Assembly (NCBI RefSeq): GCF_038025025.1
Contig: NW_027117345.1
Coordinates: 1-64,000, forward strand
Direction of reading: 5' to 3'
Length of the DNA stretch: 64,000 nucleotides
Origin: Phyllosticta citribraziliensis
Lineage: Eukaryota
The translations under genes were made by a program, and so were the position numbers. This document shows, in pieces, positions 36,941 through 51,238 of this stretch. A model generated the notes under the pieces. That model searched no databases. It worked only from the letters and a program-made list of their open reading frames with translations, and was not told the DNA's origin. The first letter of the stretch is position 1. Each line of letters begins with the position of its first letter.

Positions 36941-38531
36941 CAGCACTTGCGCTCGTTGACTATGCTTACTGTGCTCACACATCACTCAGGTACACCGCCT
37001 GCCGGCAATCTGTAGATCGCTTGTCGGCATAACCACCGTCTCGGTCAAATGCTTTCTAGATGGATCCCCGCCAACGACGTCAGTCGGTATTTGCGCCTCT
37101 CTAGGAACGGATTCCAACGACTCGGACTCGGACTCAGACGATGGAGAGTCGTCCTAGGAACCGGGCGAACTGGACTGGGACAGATCTTCCCAAAATTTCG
37201 GAATCTGAGGAAATCAGGAACGATGCGGAATAGGTAAGCGGGCAAAGTGAGGCACCTTAAGGACACAGAATAACCATCTGAGCTCACAAGTAAGATAGAA
37301 CTCGACCAGAAGAGTCTCAACTTGCCTCGAAATCAACAGCTCAGCGAGGGTGTTTCGCAAGGGATCATGGAGGAGAGCAACGTCAACGGGAGTGTTGAGA
37401 AGTGTATGGAGCCAGTATTCAAGATTGGGGAGACGGCTTTGCGCTGGAGCAGGTGGTGTAATTTCGAATCAGCAGTCTCTCTCACTTTTCCCCGTTGCAC
37501 ATATTGATCCCCTTTTGCAGTGATGTAGCGCCGTTGAATACACTCGACAAGGTCCTCCCCATACGTGAGCGTCTCTTTGGTCAGTGAATCGACTCAATTC
37601 GACCGGTGAACAACACTCCTCGTCGTTGACCAAGCATTGGAGCCAAACAAACGGATTCTACATCCCCGAAATCCGAAGAAGCAGAGTCATCCATCGCCCT
37701 CCGACATGTCCGACATCACTTGCCCACACCCGCGTATGACGTCGAATTCAACAGATAAGTCCAACACAAATAGAACAAACTCGCCATCTCCTCCACACAT
37801 GCTCCCCACCGGCGACCCTGTGGCATCAGCACCGTTTCGGGAAGCATCCACAACAACGTCACCAGCGGACGAGAAGACAACACCAAGCGCTGCAGCAATG
37901 ACATCACACAGTGTCAATCGTGTTGCCAACGTTCTAGAGCGTCGTCCAAGACCACGGGCAGAAAATCGCGCGCGCAGTGCGTGCCAATCTTCTTGGAGTA
38001 CGGGGGGACGACATATGGAGATCGACAATAGACAGGCGCGGTCGGACCAAGCAAGCTCGTTTTCCGGGTGCGCATGTGCGCGTAATATGGTTCATCAAAT
38101 TTTTTTTTCTTCGCGTGGTAAGCCGTACAATCTAACGAGGGCCCTTCGTCGTGTTTAGTGATCCCGACCGACCCAAGCGCGAGAGCCCAACGACGCGCGA
38201 AAAGCAGTAACTGGTGAGCAACAAATGGGGTATGATGATGATGATGCAGGCGAGACAGCGGGCGGGCGATGGTGATCCATCCCCTTTTCTGCTCGCCGTG
38301 CGCGCACGGACGCCGTCGACTCCCGGTCCCCTTCCAATTGGTCCAATCCCGTCCTATTCCATTCCATTCCATCCATATTGGTCCATCCGAGGGTCCGTCT
38401 CTACGCCGAAAACCGAAACATTAAAAAAAAGTTCAAGAGAGTGAGACTCCAAATGAGCGCCGAACAGTACAGCCGTTAAGTGGTCGATCGATGGTGCGTG
38501 CGAGCGTGCAGTGCAGTAGATGTGGTGGAAA

Positions 38532-39089
38532 CTATGCCGGGCTGACGTCGTCCTCGGCGAACCACTGGCTGCCGTCGGCGGAGACGTAGACCTTGCCGTC
38601 GCGCTCGTCCGTCTTCCGCAGCTTGTAGACCCAGCGGCGCTCCGAGGCGACCCAGCGCGACTCGACGACGGTCAGGTCGGGTATCGATTGCTTGCGCGCC
38701 TCGTTGGCCGACAGCTGGACCGTGGATCCTTTGGCGTGCTGGTGGCGGGTGCGTTGCCGGGGAAGCTAGTGGTTTGGCTGTTAGCGTCGTTTTCTTCCTC
38801 TTCCAGCTGGTTGCTGGGGGGTCAGCTTGGGTGCGGAGCTTACTCCTACGCTGCCAGCGTGTAGCAGATCCGGTTCTTCGATTTCAGCTTCTTCTTTGGG
38901 CGAGGAGATGTAAGAAGAGGGACTGTGTGCATAGAAATGTTAGCCACTGTTTTCTTGTCTCTCTACCCCACAAACAGGATCGAATTCTGTTTCCTGTATG
39001 TTCTTGTGGATTCGAGACACTTACGGGAAGCATGGCGAAGGAGGACCAAGAATGAGGTAGCGCTCGGGGTCGGCACGGTATTCAATCAT
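38532..39089 (-). CDS. Small hypothetical protein, 125 aa, 3 exons (39089-39025, 38922-38844, 38765-38532)
   Basis: Donors GTAAGT and GTAAGC, GCTAAC branch sites and CAG/TAG acceptors give phase-consistent joining. The last exon has strong GC3 codon bias and encodes ..GSTVQL..LTVVESRWVASERRWVYKL..QWFAEDDVSPA. Confidence 0.72.
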
Positions 39090-42000
39090 TTTGTTGGATG
39101 GGTCGAAGAAGTTTTGAATCGAAAGGTTCGGCGCAGGATTTTCAGGAAGGACGGACGGCTGGAGAGTCGACTGGAAGCTGGATGTTCGAATTTTCAGCTT
39201 CCAGAAGGAGATCTGGAACAGACTTATAAGTGACGAGAGGCTTGCGGGTTGGCCTCCTGAGCTTGCGGCAGACGGCGCGATGATCAAGCGCCGTGGGGAC
39301 GGCACACGGCCTCGGGATCTTCGCAACGAGCATCCGGCCGGGTCAGAGGGTGCCCACAAGTGGAAACCGGCCGGAAGGTCTCTGTTTTTTTCGAGGCTCG
39401 CCCTGCAGGCGAAATTCGCGGACGAGATCTCGCCTAGAAGATCTGTATGATTGCACCTCTGTGCATATTGCTTTTTCATCAACCTCGACCGCCCCCTTTC
39501 CCCCACACACATGCCCACTCTCTTGTTTCCTATTCCTTTTGACGGGCGAATCGTGGCCGCTTTCGTGCGTTGACAGCGCCTCAAGTTTGGTTTGGGCCGG
39601 GGCGGCCAGATCGGGCCGGCGGGAGCACGTACCATGGCTTGTGGATCACGACCGGTCCAGAATGGTCTTGACAAACATGACAGTTCCAAGGTTCCAAGGT
39701 CCTCGCAGCGATTGGCGAAATGAGGTCATCTGTACCCGCGAGTTTGGCGAGAGGGCAGCGGTGAGTTTGCCTTTGCACCCCAAGACCCCCTATGAGTTCT
39801 CTACGTGCCGAGCACACCCCCTTATTGTGTTCATTTGCCAGCGCCGCAGCAGTCGCTCGCCTTGACGGATTCGCAGAGTATTGGAGCTACGCCGCGGGTT
39901 TCTCCCCACTGGCCATGCGGATCCTCCAGGACCTCTCCTTGCCTCGACAACGGTAGGATTCGAGCAACAAGTGCCGACTGCACCGTACGCAAGCAGCAAG
40001 TGCATTGTCCGCGTGTTTTCGCGCCCGTGCGTTGCTCTTGACAGAGCGATGTAATATGACGAGTCAGCAACGAAGAAGAGGACAAATTTGAGAATATGCC
40101 GTCGAATCACAAAAAGAACAGGCGAACAAAAATAAAAAGTCTCAGAGAGAAATGTGACAGAAGACGGGCCCAACACACCTTGCACTGTTTGCCCAGCAAC
40201 TCCACCCCATTCAAGATCAAGCGTTGGACCAAGCAGCCGGTCGATTCTGGGATCTCTGGTGTTTGCAGTCCGAGGCCTAGACCATTACTAGCAGCGAGGC
40301 AGTGATCTTCTCTCTATTTCATCAACGCTGACTCGACCCAATCACGGCATCAGGCCACGACGACGACAGCGACGACAGACGTTGATCAAAGACCCATCAT
40401 CACGTGGCGCGCACGCCGTGATGACTATTCGGCCGTGCAAATCTCTCTCGTCTCCGGCTATTCTTTCTCCCTCGCTCTCCTGCATCGGACCGCTCCGCGC
40501 AGGCGCTTCTCCCCCGGGTCAGGGCGTATCGCATGCGTCGCGGCTCCGCGGGGAGCTCGCAGTCGCGGCGACAGGGGCCGCGTGGATTTCGGGTCGTCGT
40601 CAAAAATACTCCGAGGACCCCTTCGAAGAAGAAAGAAGCGCTGCGTCTCTAACAAAACATCGACAAGTGCAGTAGTGCGGAAATAAAACAGCAAAGCCGC
40701 GGCATCAGTAAGGCGCCGACTTCGCCGCCTGCCTGCAGTGGACATGGACATGGAAATGGAGGCTGTGCGCGGCCTGCTCTCCCCTCCTCCTCATCATCAT
40801 CATTCCTGGGGTGGCCTTGTTGACCGAAATAGACAAGACACTGCTAGGCCGCCAACGCGGCCAGCGACCGCCCAGCCAATGACGGCGTGCGGATTCAGTG
40901 TACTCAGACAAATTGCATGCTCTGGGTGGCGAGTGGTCCTACTCGTCCGAATTACACCCTCGGAGTCGGAAAGTGGCCCCTGAGACAGTCAAAAGCAAGA
41001 CGCTTTGCATGTTGGTGTGGGAAGCTCTGGCGGTTGTTGACAGGTCGGCAGGTCTGCGGTTGATGAGTCTTGTCCAGGTATATTCTGTATGTTCAGGAGT
41101 TGGGAATGTTGCGCTTTTGTGGCAAAATCCGGCGGAGCCTCCGACGTGTTGTGCAACTCAGATGCACCAGTCACTTCCACAGTGTCCGGACATGGCACGC
41201 CGCGAGTGGCGAAGATGCCTCCAGGCCGATTCTTTGTGCACCTCTCAATCCGGCCTCTTGTCAAGACGAGAGGGCAATCTGGCAGCGCATGACGGCCATC
41301 GCCTCGATGCCAGCACTTTCTCGCTCCTCGCCGCACGTGGCGACGGATGGACGGATGGACAGACAACGCATGAAGACGGCGGCCCCGGCGTTCTCGATGC
41401 GATATGCGGCGGCCGACCGGTGCGGGAGGCGGCGTGCGGCTGACGTGTGGACGAGCGATCAGGACGTCGTGTGAGCATCACCCGGTGCGGTGGCGGACTC
41501 GGAGCAGGAGAGACGAGACGATGTGCTGGCAAGATGTAGGTACGAGTGTGGGTGGGCAGACGTGGAGTGCAGGCGGCGCGCGCGAGCGATCGTCTTCGCA
41601 GCGAGTGGAGAGCGAGGGGAATGCGAGTGATGCGTGCGTACATGATGAGATGGCGAGGCCGGTGAGGTGAGTTGCAAGGAGCGAGTCGGTCGTCTGGCGG
41701 GATCGTTGGTCAGTGGATGAGTGAGGCTCGGCCGGTGAGGGAGCCTCGAGAATGAGGCTGGTGCAGGTGCAGAGAGACGTGGTCTAGAAGGATACGGGCT
41801 CTGGGCTTGCCTGACGGGACGAGATGCGTTCTCGGAGGCGTTGCTCGCTGGTACTGGTTCGCGGCCAACATACACACGTGCAGCGTGCAGCTTGCAGCGC
41901 AGGTGCATGCCGCAGTGGGTTGGTTGGCGGGTGTGGTGTATGCTTTGAGTTTCTTCGATGGATCGACAAAACGGTCGTGACAGATGTCGTGGATTGCTCA

Positions 42001-44335
42001 GTTTGGGCGATCGATGGTGTTGAAGCAGGATGGAGGGACCTCCGCAGCCAATATGGTCCAACAGCACTCACTCAAGGTGCGTGCGAGCAACGGGTGCTCC
42101 CAGACCGCCGTGGGCCGTAATCTTTGTGCTTTTGATCGTGTTTGTTGATCTGATGATGGTAAGTGAGTGAATCGACTGGCTCGTCAACTCTGCGATTTGC
42201 GGCCACTCCTCTGCGATGCTGAGCAGGTGATCCGGCAGTGCAGCATGGAAGTTCAGAAAACAGTCGACCGCATCCAGTTGGTCTCAATTCTCAACCGGAA
42301 GCCGTCAATCAAGAGGGACGCGAAGAAACTGCAGCAATGATGTCAATGAAAGTGCAGTCGTGCAGTGCTTGCTGAGGCACCGCTCCCAATCCGGCGCGTC
42401 TCTATCAGCAACATGCACATGAATTTGTAGGCCCACAGATAGAAGCAGGTACCATGAACACATCCTACCCCGGTGCCCCCAATCCTTTGAAACAATAACC
42501 ACAAAGAAGACTCCAGAGATTGCCAAAGACAGCGCTCCCGTAGCGTGCCGCGCCGCGACGAAATCTAGACAACACCATCAGTTTCTAGAACGACCAAATG
42601 CTCGGAAGCTGCAGAATCTCGTCAACTACGAGAGCACCTTCGCAGGAGTCCCCGAGGTTCACCGGCCGGCTCGCCTCGCCTTGTCTCGTCCTTCCCGCAT
42701 GCTCGGCCGACGGGTACCTCGACGCCATACGCAACGGCGCAGCTGGCAATGCACAGGCAGCGCGCAGACCGTTGACATGACAGACAGGCAGACAGGCACG
42801 GTATCAGGTACCTCCAGCCCCTGGAGAACGAGATTGGATGTCTGCACTCTGCGCCGTCCGCGACTGCAGCGCCGCCGGTCAAGTCCAACAACACCAATGG
42901 GGGAAATGCAGGGGCGCGCCGCAGCGTGACGTCGAGACCGCACGCGCAATCCATGGCCGCGGCTGTTGCGAGAGACTGGCTGGCAGACTGACTGAAGCGA
43001 GCGAGCGAGCGAGTGAGTGAGTCACCACGCGGCATGGCATGGCGTGGCGTATCATTGCGTCACGGCCGGTCGGCTGCACCGAAGCTTCTGTGCAGGCGTC
43101 GGCGTCTTTCTGTGCATGTGCGGTACAGGACAGATACGCGCGCCTCACTATTCGACAGTCGTGCAATCGCCGTCAGTCCCGTCCGGTCTGGCTGTGTTGG
43201 CTGTGTTGGCCCCACATATGCGCGCGCAGCTGGCCAACGACGGTGCTTACGTCTTGGCCGCATGCGCACCGAGGGGCCGGGACGGGCGTTGTCAGACGGC
43301 GAACAGGTGGAGAGAGAGAGAGGTGGAGAGGTGGAGAGGTGGGTATCTTACTGCATGCCGGTCTGGTGGCCCTGTCGCCCTCTGCTCTCTCAATTTGCTG
43401 AGGATGGCTAGTAGATAGACAGACAGACAGGCAGGTAGGGAGGCACATGACAACGCGACGCGACGTCGTCGTGTTCTCCGTTTCCCGCCGCTGGTTGCTC
43501 TTTTGGCGAACGCAGGCTGCGAGGTGCGTGCGAGGTGATTGGGTGGGTGGGTGGCTGTTTGGGTGGTGAGTCCACTCCACAAACACCACTTCTCCGGCAA
43601 TCACTTCCCTCCGCTCCGATCCATTGCAGTGCAGTCCATCAGTACCAATTCCTCGCGTCCAGCCACCCATCAAGACACTCACCTACCTTACCCAACCTCA
43701 ACTCACCTCACCGCCATTGCCATGGCATCCGTGGCTGTCCAGTCCAACACATCCCAGCGCAGCCCAACACAGCCCATCCACGCCCAGCGCCACACCACAC
43801 CGCGGCACGGCGCGAGCGTAGGGTAGGGTAAGGTACCCACGCCACGGGTACCCGATGGCGCGGCGGGCGGTGCGCTGGGTACCTGCCTGCGCGTACCTAC
43901 CTACGACACCTTACGTTCACTACACCATACCATACCACATCGCACCTGCCCGCCTGTTCAGTTAACATAGCATTGGGTCGGGTTTGATTGGGTTTGATTG
44001 GTTATGTTGGATTAGGTTCTGCAGCTATCGCAGTTGATAGCGGACGCATCCGCGATGAAAGGCACAGTAGCAGAAGCAGCAGCATCGTCATCGTCATCGT
44101 AGCAAAAGCCGACAGGCAGCCAGAGAGCGAGTGAGTGGGCGAGTGCGATGGGCGCGTCTGCCCGACAAGCCGGGTCCAGGCCATCATCGCATCGCATCAC
44201 TTCCGGCTCCTTCACATGGATCGTGGCTTAGCCCGGGGGCCCGTAGACGTGGGAAAAAGCAATATAAAACGCTAGGTAAGGCGGGAGAAAAAGAAAAGAG
44301 AGACATGCGTGCGTGGCTGACGGGCAATGAAACAA

Positions 44336-44385
44336 AAGAGAGAGATAGAGAGAGAGAGAGAGAGATAGAGAGAGAGAAAGAGAGA
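44336..44385. repeat. (AG)n microsatellite, imperfect
   Basis: Run of agagag with occasional at/aa interruptions. Confidence 0.85.
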
Positions 44386-46493
44386 AGCGATACGCGGAGG
44401 AACGGCAAGGCAGTAACGCGGGAGGAAAAAGCAACAAGATAAGTTAAACGTAGAATTGATGGATGGATGGGGGGTTTAGATACCCAAGACACTGTGTTTA
44501 GTGTTTAGGGAGAGGGAGCGAGAGGGCGCGCGGTGTGACTCCTGCTCTAGGCTTGCTCTTGCTCTTGCTCTTGCTCTTCTACAGTGCGGCGCGGCGTAGC
44601 CATGAGGTTGCGTCGTCCTGTGTCACCTGTGTGTGCCTGTCTGCCTAATTGTTGCGTTGCGTCACCGTGCGAATATTGCGGCTCAACTCAACCACCATGC
44701 CGACCTACTCGAGCAGAGGATGGGAGAAAAACGATGCGCGATAGCGATGGCGTTGGTGTTGACGCTCGACGTCGTACCTGGCTGGCGTCGCAGAGAACAG
44801 TACAGGAGATACGTAGGCACAGTACCTGTGAATAGGAGGCGGATTGGCAGGGAGTAGACGGCGGGAGATATGGCACGCCGATGATGTCGAGGGAGTGTGT
44901 GGAGGGATTGTGTGTGGAGGGGTGGAGGGGTAAGGGTATCAGGTACCGCTCTCCTGTAGCAAGAGATCTCCGATGCCTTGCCATGGCGCGGTACCCCTCC
45001 CTCCTCCCCTCCTCCGGTCCTACGCATCACGTACCTTGCCTACCTTATCTACCGAACAGATCAATCATCAACGGGATGGTTTTTAATGAACGCGATGACG
45101 ACCACGCTCGGGCAGATTCAAAGAAGCGGTGACGCATCTGCCTGCCGTCAAAACGACAGACGGGCCAACAGCGATGCAGCGCTCTGCTGCAGCGACAATA
45201 TATCCATACGTTGAGGGTGCAGTACTGTGTGTATTGTGCGTGGTTAGCCGTACCGTACCGTGGTGGCCCGGCGCAATGTATGCGCGCAGTGCAGTGGCTT
45301 AGTTGGTGGGTAGGCATTGAGCGGGCGACGCGTGTGACGCACACGATCTGAGGAGCAACGAGGCATTTGATTCCTGTTTGCTCAACGGTGCACTTCTACT
45401 ACTGTCGTTAGCTAGTCGCAGTGTTTTTGTTGTGGATGGTGGTGGTAGTAATGGTGGCGAAGCGAGCGCGGCGGCGCTGAAACAGGAAAATGACTGGGCT
45501 TTTCTTGACGGGCAGGAAGACGGACGAGGCTGGATCGGAATGGCTGCTGCAGCTACTGCAGACAGGCAGTGAATTGGCCCAAGGCAGCCATGTGGCACGA
45601 CAGCCACGGCACTGTGGACGCGAGTCAGAGGTGCGTCTGCAGCGGACGGAGGAGAGACAGACGGTGTCGACGCCGCCAGCTTAGGAGATTCAGTCAGTCA
45701 GTCAGTCAGTCATCGAGAGAATAAACAGAGTTGGAGATGGCGGTTTCGCGGCGCGGCGCGGCGCGGCGCAAGTAGACGAGATTCAAGTGTCAGCGGACAG
45801 GGTCATGAGAAGCCTGTTTTGGCGTCGCAGAGTACGGTTTTGTAGCAGCTGAAGTAGCATTTACGCTTTCAGCGTCATCTTGTCCTCACAAAAGACGTGG
45901 GGAGCCAGAGGCTAAACTAGTCTTTGCTGCGACCGACTGAAACCACAGACCCCCCGGGCTGCCAAACATGACGCGCATCAAGTCCATAGCCTGCTTGCTT
46001 GCCTGCACAAAGGAGAAGCCAACTGTCGCCAACTTCGAGTGTTGTCGTCACACCCATCTCAACGCTTTGCAGCCGAGTTCCAGTGGTAGGAAAGAAATGA
46101 TGCAAGACAAATAAGTGCCTTGAGACAATCCAATGGGACCGGACCAACAAGGGAATAGACCAGCGACGCCCTTGCTGCCCCGTCGAGTCCAGGCCACCCT
46201 GTCGAGCGTTGGGTTTCGGCCGTTGTACCCCGTACATCAAGTGCCTGAACGAGCCCTATAGCAACATGGTTTTATTTTTGCAGCGCGTCTGCGATGTCCA
46301 TGGGTATCGAGGGCTAGAGGCGGTGCCATCCAGCATCGGGAGGGGTTGGTTGGTGTGTGATTGGTCCAGGGATCCTGTGTCGTTCAGGGTCCTCCCTTCA
46401 CTCCAAACATTGCTGCTCTCGGCGTTTGGCGGGGGGATCAAAGATCGGCTCTGCATCGGTGACGTATCAAAACACGCCCCGGATTGCGTTCGT

Positions 46494-47210
46494 TCATCGG
46501 TAGTAGCCCGCGTGTCGGCGCTCGCGCACGTCGCGCTTGGAAGGCTCGCGCACTTGGACATTGTACTTTGCGTGGTTGCGCTTTTGCTCGGCCAGGTCGG
46601 ACTCGTACAGGGTTCCGCGCTTGTGGTGGGCAGAGGTGTTGTTGATGTCGAGGGTAGCCGCGGAGCCGTGGCCGTGGCCGTCGACGCGTCGGCGCCTTGG
46701 GCTGGGAGCCGGCGCCTCCATGTGGACGACGGCGGGCTGGGGCTTGTGATGGTGCTTTGGGCGCTCTGGGAGTCGCGGGGCCACCGGATATGAGCGGTCC
46801 ATGGAGAGAAATGGTCGCTTGTGCCGAATGCTGCGCTCGATGGCTCGCAGCAGTGATCGTGCCTCGTCGTAGCCCGGCTGGATCTCGACGCGCACCACCT
46901 TGAAGTCTTCCTCGGCGGTGCTGTATGCCTCGCCGTCCTTGCGCATGTAGAGGAACTTGGCGACGGCCTGCGCCAGCGCGTGGCCTTGGTCGCAGAGCTG
47001 CTTGCCGGAGCGGTGGACGGCGTACGAGTTGCGGCAGGACGAGCAGTTGCGGGCGTGCATTTCAAAGTCGTAGAGGGCCCAGCTTTCGGCAATGTTGGCA
47101 GGGCGGGTGACGCCCGTCACCTCGCCCTGGACGAAGCCGACGACTCGTTTGGTGGCCATTTTGGGATTGACGATGGTGGGGAGGAGAGCGTGGCGGAGAA
47201 TCGAAGGCAT
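46494..47210 (-). CDS. Hypothetical protein, about 238 aa, with a His/Cys cluster
   Basis: High-GC3 coding-like ORF: FEMHARNCSSC...HRSGKQLCDQGHALA. Start is 47210 or 47159; the upstream extension in the ORF track looks non-coding. Confidence 0.8.
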   Translation of the reverse strand: MPSILRHALLPTIVNPKMATKRVVGFVQGEVTGVTRPANIAESWALYDFEMHARNCSSCRNSYAVHRSGKQLCDQGHALAQAVAKFLYMRKDGEAYSTAEEDFKVVRVEIQPGYDEARSLLRAIERSIRHKRPFLSMDRSYPVAPRLPERPKHHHKPQPAVVHMEAPAPSPRRRRVDGHGHGSAATLDINNTSAHHKRGTLYESDLAEQKRNHAKYNVQVREPSKRDVRERRHAGYYR

Positions 47211-50200
47211 GGTGATGGTTGCCAGACTGGGTCTGAGAGGATAGTAGAGTACGGTAGGTTGTAGAGGGTGATTGAGCTGCGAGAGGATAGCTCGGAAGGG
47301 CGGAGGGTATAGGAGCTTTTGTAGGAGGTATGGGCTGGGCTGGGCTGGGGGTGGTGGTACTGTACCGAATTGGATGGGGAGGGTCAGCATGGGTGGGCAT
47401 GGGCAAGGATGGCTGTCGAGGGCCGGGGGGTGCTGCAGCAACTGAAGCTTTCCCTGCCCTGCCCTCGAATTCAACTCGACTGCTGCACCACCCCATGACG
47501 AATACCTACATGTACAGTACGCTCCATCTCCAATTCGGTCACCGCACACGAGCAACGGAACAGTCTTTTCGATAGTGGCTGTTCGCCCTGTGCGGTGGCG
47601 CTCTCCAACGCCGCTGCGCCTCGTCCCGCTCCATCGCAAAACACGTCCGACACGACGACGACGACGAGATCAACAGCAATTGTCCACTGCCGTACCAGCA
47701 CAGCCATCATTCTCCACTCGGTCGCAAACCTCTTCCTTCGAATAATCTCTCTCCTCCGTCTGCAGCCGTGGCTGACGGTCAAGGCTCGGCTCGCCGACGC
47801 CTCGTCGACGCCCATTCGCCTCTCCCTTCCGACTACCCGTCACTCACCTCGACACGCTGTCTACATACCCTACCTACATCACACTGCACTCCCCACAATC
47901 CGGGCCTGGACTCGCAATGCAGACGGACCAGGATCTGCTCACCGGTGGGACAACAACCTACATTCCCCCCGGCCTCCATCCGTCGCGGCTTTTGCTCGTG
48001 CCTTTCCCCGGGCCCACCCTCTGCACCATTTGGCCAAGTTTGCATCTTGTCCGTCCACGTCTGCTGTATTTCGCTCGTCGCAGCCCACCGGTCAGCCGTC
48101 CGATGTGGTGTTGAAACGACTGGCTGCGACGTCTCGTTCGGGGAGAGGGAGATCCCCCACGTTTGCTCCAGGCCTCCCTGTGACCTGCCACGCCCCCCAA
48201 AACAGGTCGAGCTAAGCCCTACAACCACCATTCCCCAACCTTGGACCTACTCTCTCGCGACTCATCCGACGCCGGCGTGAGCGGGGACCACTTTCGTCTT
48301 GTTTGCCAACACCACGAGGCCCCACTGCTCCGCCTAGTTCCGCATCGACGTGTTTGCAGTCAAGTCAGGCGCCCGCCTGCATCAGTGCAATTGTCCACTC
48401 GACGCCAAACCGTGGTGCTCGCATGAAAATCTGCCCTGAGAAATCCACATTTGTTAAACCGCTAGCCCCATTCGCCAGCTCACTCAGCTCCACCTTTCCG
48501 TATCCAGGCCGGCCAAAACCGCCGCCGCGCATTGCAACAACAAGGCCGAGGCGTCGACGACGACGACGCGACCGTCTGTCTGTGCAAATTTGCGCCGATG
48601 ACTCAATGTGCTGGCGGTCGGTCCGGGCATCTCATCATTCATGAGGACCGTTAGCCTCACTGCGCCAAATTGCCGCATTGCCTGGTCGTCAAACTCTCCC
48701 TGTCCACAAACCCCCCATCGCTCTGCAGATTCTGCCGTGACCCATCGGTCCGCCCTTCCCCAGCCTCGGGGAAACGTTGCACGCCCACCAGCTTTTGAAG
48801 CAGGAGAACGTGGGCGGCACGCCGTGCGACGCCGAATCATGTCGAGACGAGACGAGATGAGACTCGGATTCCAGGCCAGGACAGGCGTGCGTGAGCAGAG
48901 AGCATGCACCTGCGCGCTGCGTAACGTTTGCTGCCATCTGGGATCGAAGCATCCGTCCATCGGCAGGCGCCGCTGCGAGGCCACGCAGTCGAGTCGTTGG
49001 CAGCTACACAGCTGCCTGGCGGCCAAGAATGCAATCAAACCAGGTCAAGTCGCCTCGAGGCATCAACAAGGCTCACGGCGCCACCATTGTTGCGCCGGTC
49101 AATGATGATGTTTGCTACCAAAGGCTGAAATCAAAACCTTGACATGTCGTGGGCGGGCAGCCAAGTCACGCGGGGAATGACAAAGAGAACCAAGCTGCCA
49201 GCTTGCAACTTGAACGCGCTTCTATAATTGACGACAACAAACAACGTTACTCGCCAGGCACGATGTAATGTATCCTTCATTCTCCGACGCATACCATGCC
49301 TCTGATAAGCTGGGCTTGCTAACCGACAATGGCAGGACCCCGCCGCGTCGTCTCACTTGATTCCAGAAAAGCGCCGCTGACATTCGATGCACCGGCACGG
49401 TACCACAGCCAACCACGTCTGCCAGCTTCCAAAGCAAAGCCTCCTTCCCCAGCCTCCAGTCCAGATCAGGTCGGCCAAATGCCATTGACTTCTCGAACGA
49501 ACCCTGTGCGACCCCCGCGGGGCCGAGCGAAACGAAGACGCGCGACCATTATTGGCCCACCTCGTCTCCTCGGGACCCCTCGTCATCGTCGTCATCATCA
49601 ACGACCACCACCACCACCGTCAGCTGCCTCTCTACGCTACCACTCCAAAGCCTGCTCAGCGCATCACGCGGAGCTTTTCCCAGCCCAGCTCCAATCAGCC
49701 GCGACGACTAGATAGGCGCTCGCCAACTCGCAGGTCGTTTCGTCGCGACGAGCCAAACGGCGTCTCCCCTCTCGCCTACGCGGCCCGTCCGGCGCCAACG
49801 TCATAGGTAGCATCTCGGCGTACCTGCATTAGCTGACCCCTCCAGCCGGTCGTGGGCGGCGCTGCGCTGCGCTGCGCTGCGCCTTTGCTGTGCTGGCCCG
49901 TCCGCCCGCCCGCTCGCCAGGCTGAGGATGGATGGGTCGATGGATGGATGGACCCGCGCCGCTGTCACGTCAAGGTGCACAGCCATGGTCCTTGCCCGTA
50001 GGTCTGCCCGGCTGTCTGTCTGACTGTTCACTTACCCTGCCTGCCTACCTACCTACCGGCAGGCTGGGCAGGCTGGCTTTGTGGATGGCGCCGTCATTGT
50101 TGCCGCCGGCCAGCCAGCCAGCGGGACACGTTTTACATCGTTTCGTCTCATCACCGTTGGTTGTCGAGGCAGGCAGGCTGGCTGGGTAAGCTCAAAGCTG

Positions 50201-50589
50201 GCGCGCAAGCTGAGACTCTGGAACGCAAGCAACGCTACGCAACACGACGCAAAACGGTAGCATTCATTCATTCATTCGTCGCTCCAACTCAGAAGGTAGT
50301 CAGGTAGGATTCTCGGTGCGGCGATGATGTCGTCGTCCTCCCTTTTTCTTTTTCCTTTTTCCTTTTCCCTTTTTTTTTCTTTCTTCTTTCTCCTTCCTTT
50401 CCCCCTCCCTCTTACATTCCTCTTCCCAGCCTTGCCACGCCACGCCCTGTCTTGCCCTGTCATGCCCTGCCTTGCCCTGCCTTGCCATGCCTTGCCCAGC
50501 CTGACACCCCTCCATTCCTCCAGTTCGGTCGACAACTCGATATTTTGCCGTTTCAACATTCCAACACTCCAGGCCAGCCGGTCAGCCAA

Positions 50590-51230
50590 TTAGCTACTAC
50601 GCATCTGTGACTCCGGCTATAGACATAGAAATAGATAGAGTGGATATGAATAAGATAAGGGAGAGTAGTAGACAAGGAGTCAGTGATAGGCAACTAGTAA
50701 ACTTACACCTAAGCTAAATTCTCGTGTTGGTTGCGCCTAGGATGGTCCGTGATGTGATATAATATAATATAGTATAAGGCATTCATTTAATGACTACTTG
50801 GGTTAGTAACGTAGATATCGCCTAGTAGAATCTACATGAAAAGGGGGCTTCAATACCTAAAAAGGGGGTTTTAGCACAGAGATAAGGGGAGTTACTTATA
50901 CAATTAGAGGCGTCTCTCATATGATACGACGCAACGCTACATGATCTCCTATAACGACTATATTCTCCAAGTAACGGAGATCTATTCCATCACATCGTGT
51001 TGCGTCATGCAATGCGACAACGCCAGAATTACAAAGACGTCGCATCGCGGACCACGCTAGTTGCGCCGCACTAAATTTACCTTGACACCATTCCAGGGTC
51101 ATAGTACGCCTCCTTACGCCTACAAACTAGCCACGCCATACCGAGGTAACTATAAGGGGTCAGGGGTGGGGGTAAATTAGCTAGCCCTAACCTAAACACG
51201 ATCCGAGGGGTAAATTGCCTATGCGTACGC
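50590..51230. repeat. Small AT/TpA-enriched island, probable RIP-affected relic
   Basis: Abrupt drop in GC relative to the flanks, with many TAG/TA dinucleotides and no credible ORF. Confidence 0.5.
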
Positions 51231-51238
51231 GCTACGAG

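Noticed and set aside
37045..38158. Protein-like stretches on both strands
   Set aside because: Could not build a phase-consistent gene model or recognise a family.
51184..51196. Interstitial telomere (CCCTAACCTAA)
   Set aside because: Fewer than two perfect units; expected by chance in TA-rich DNA.
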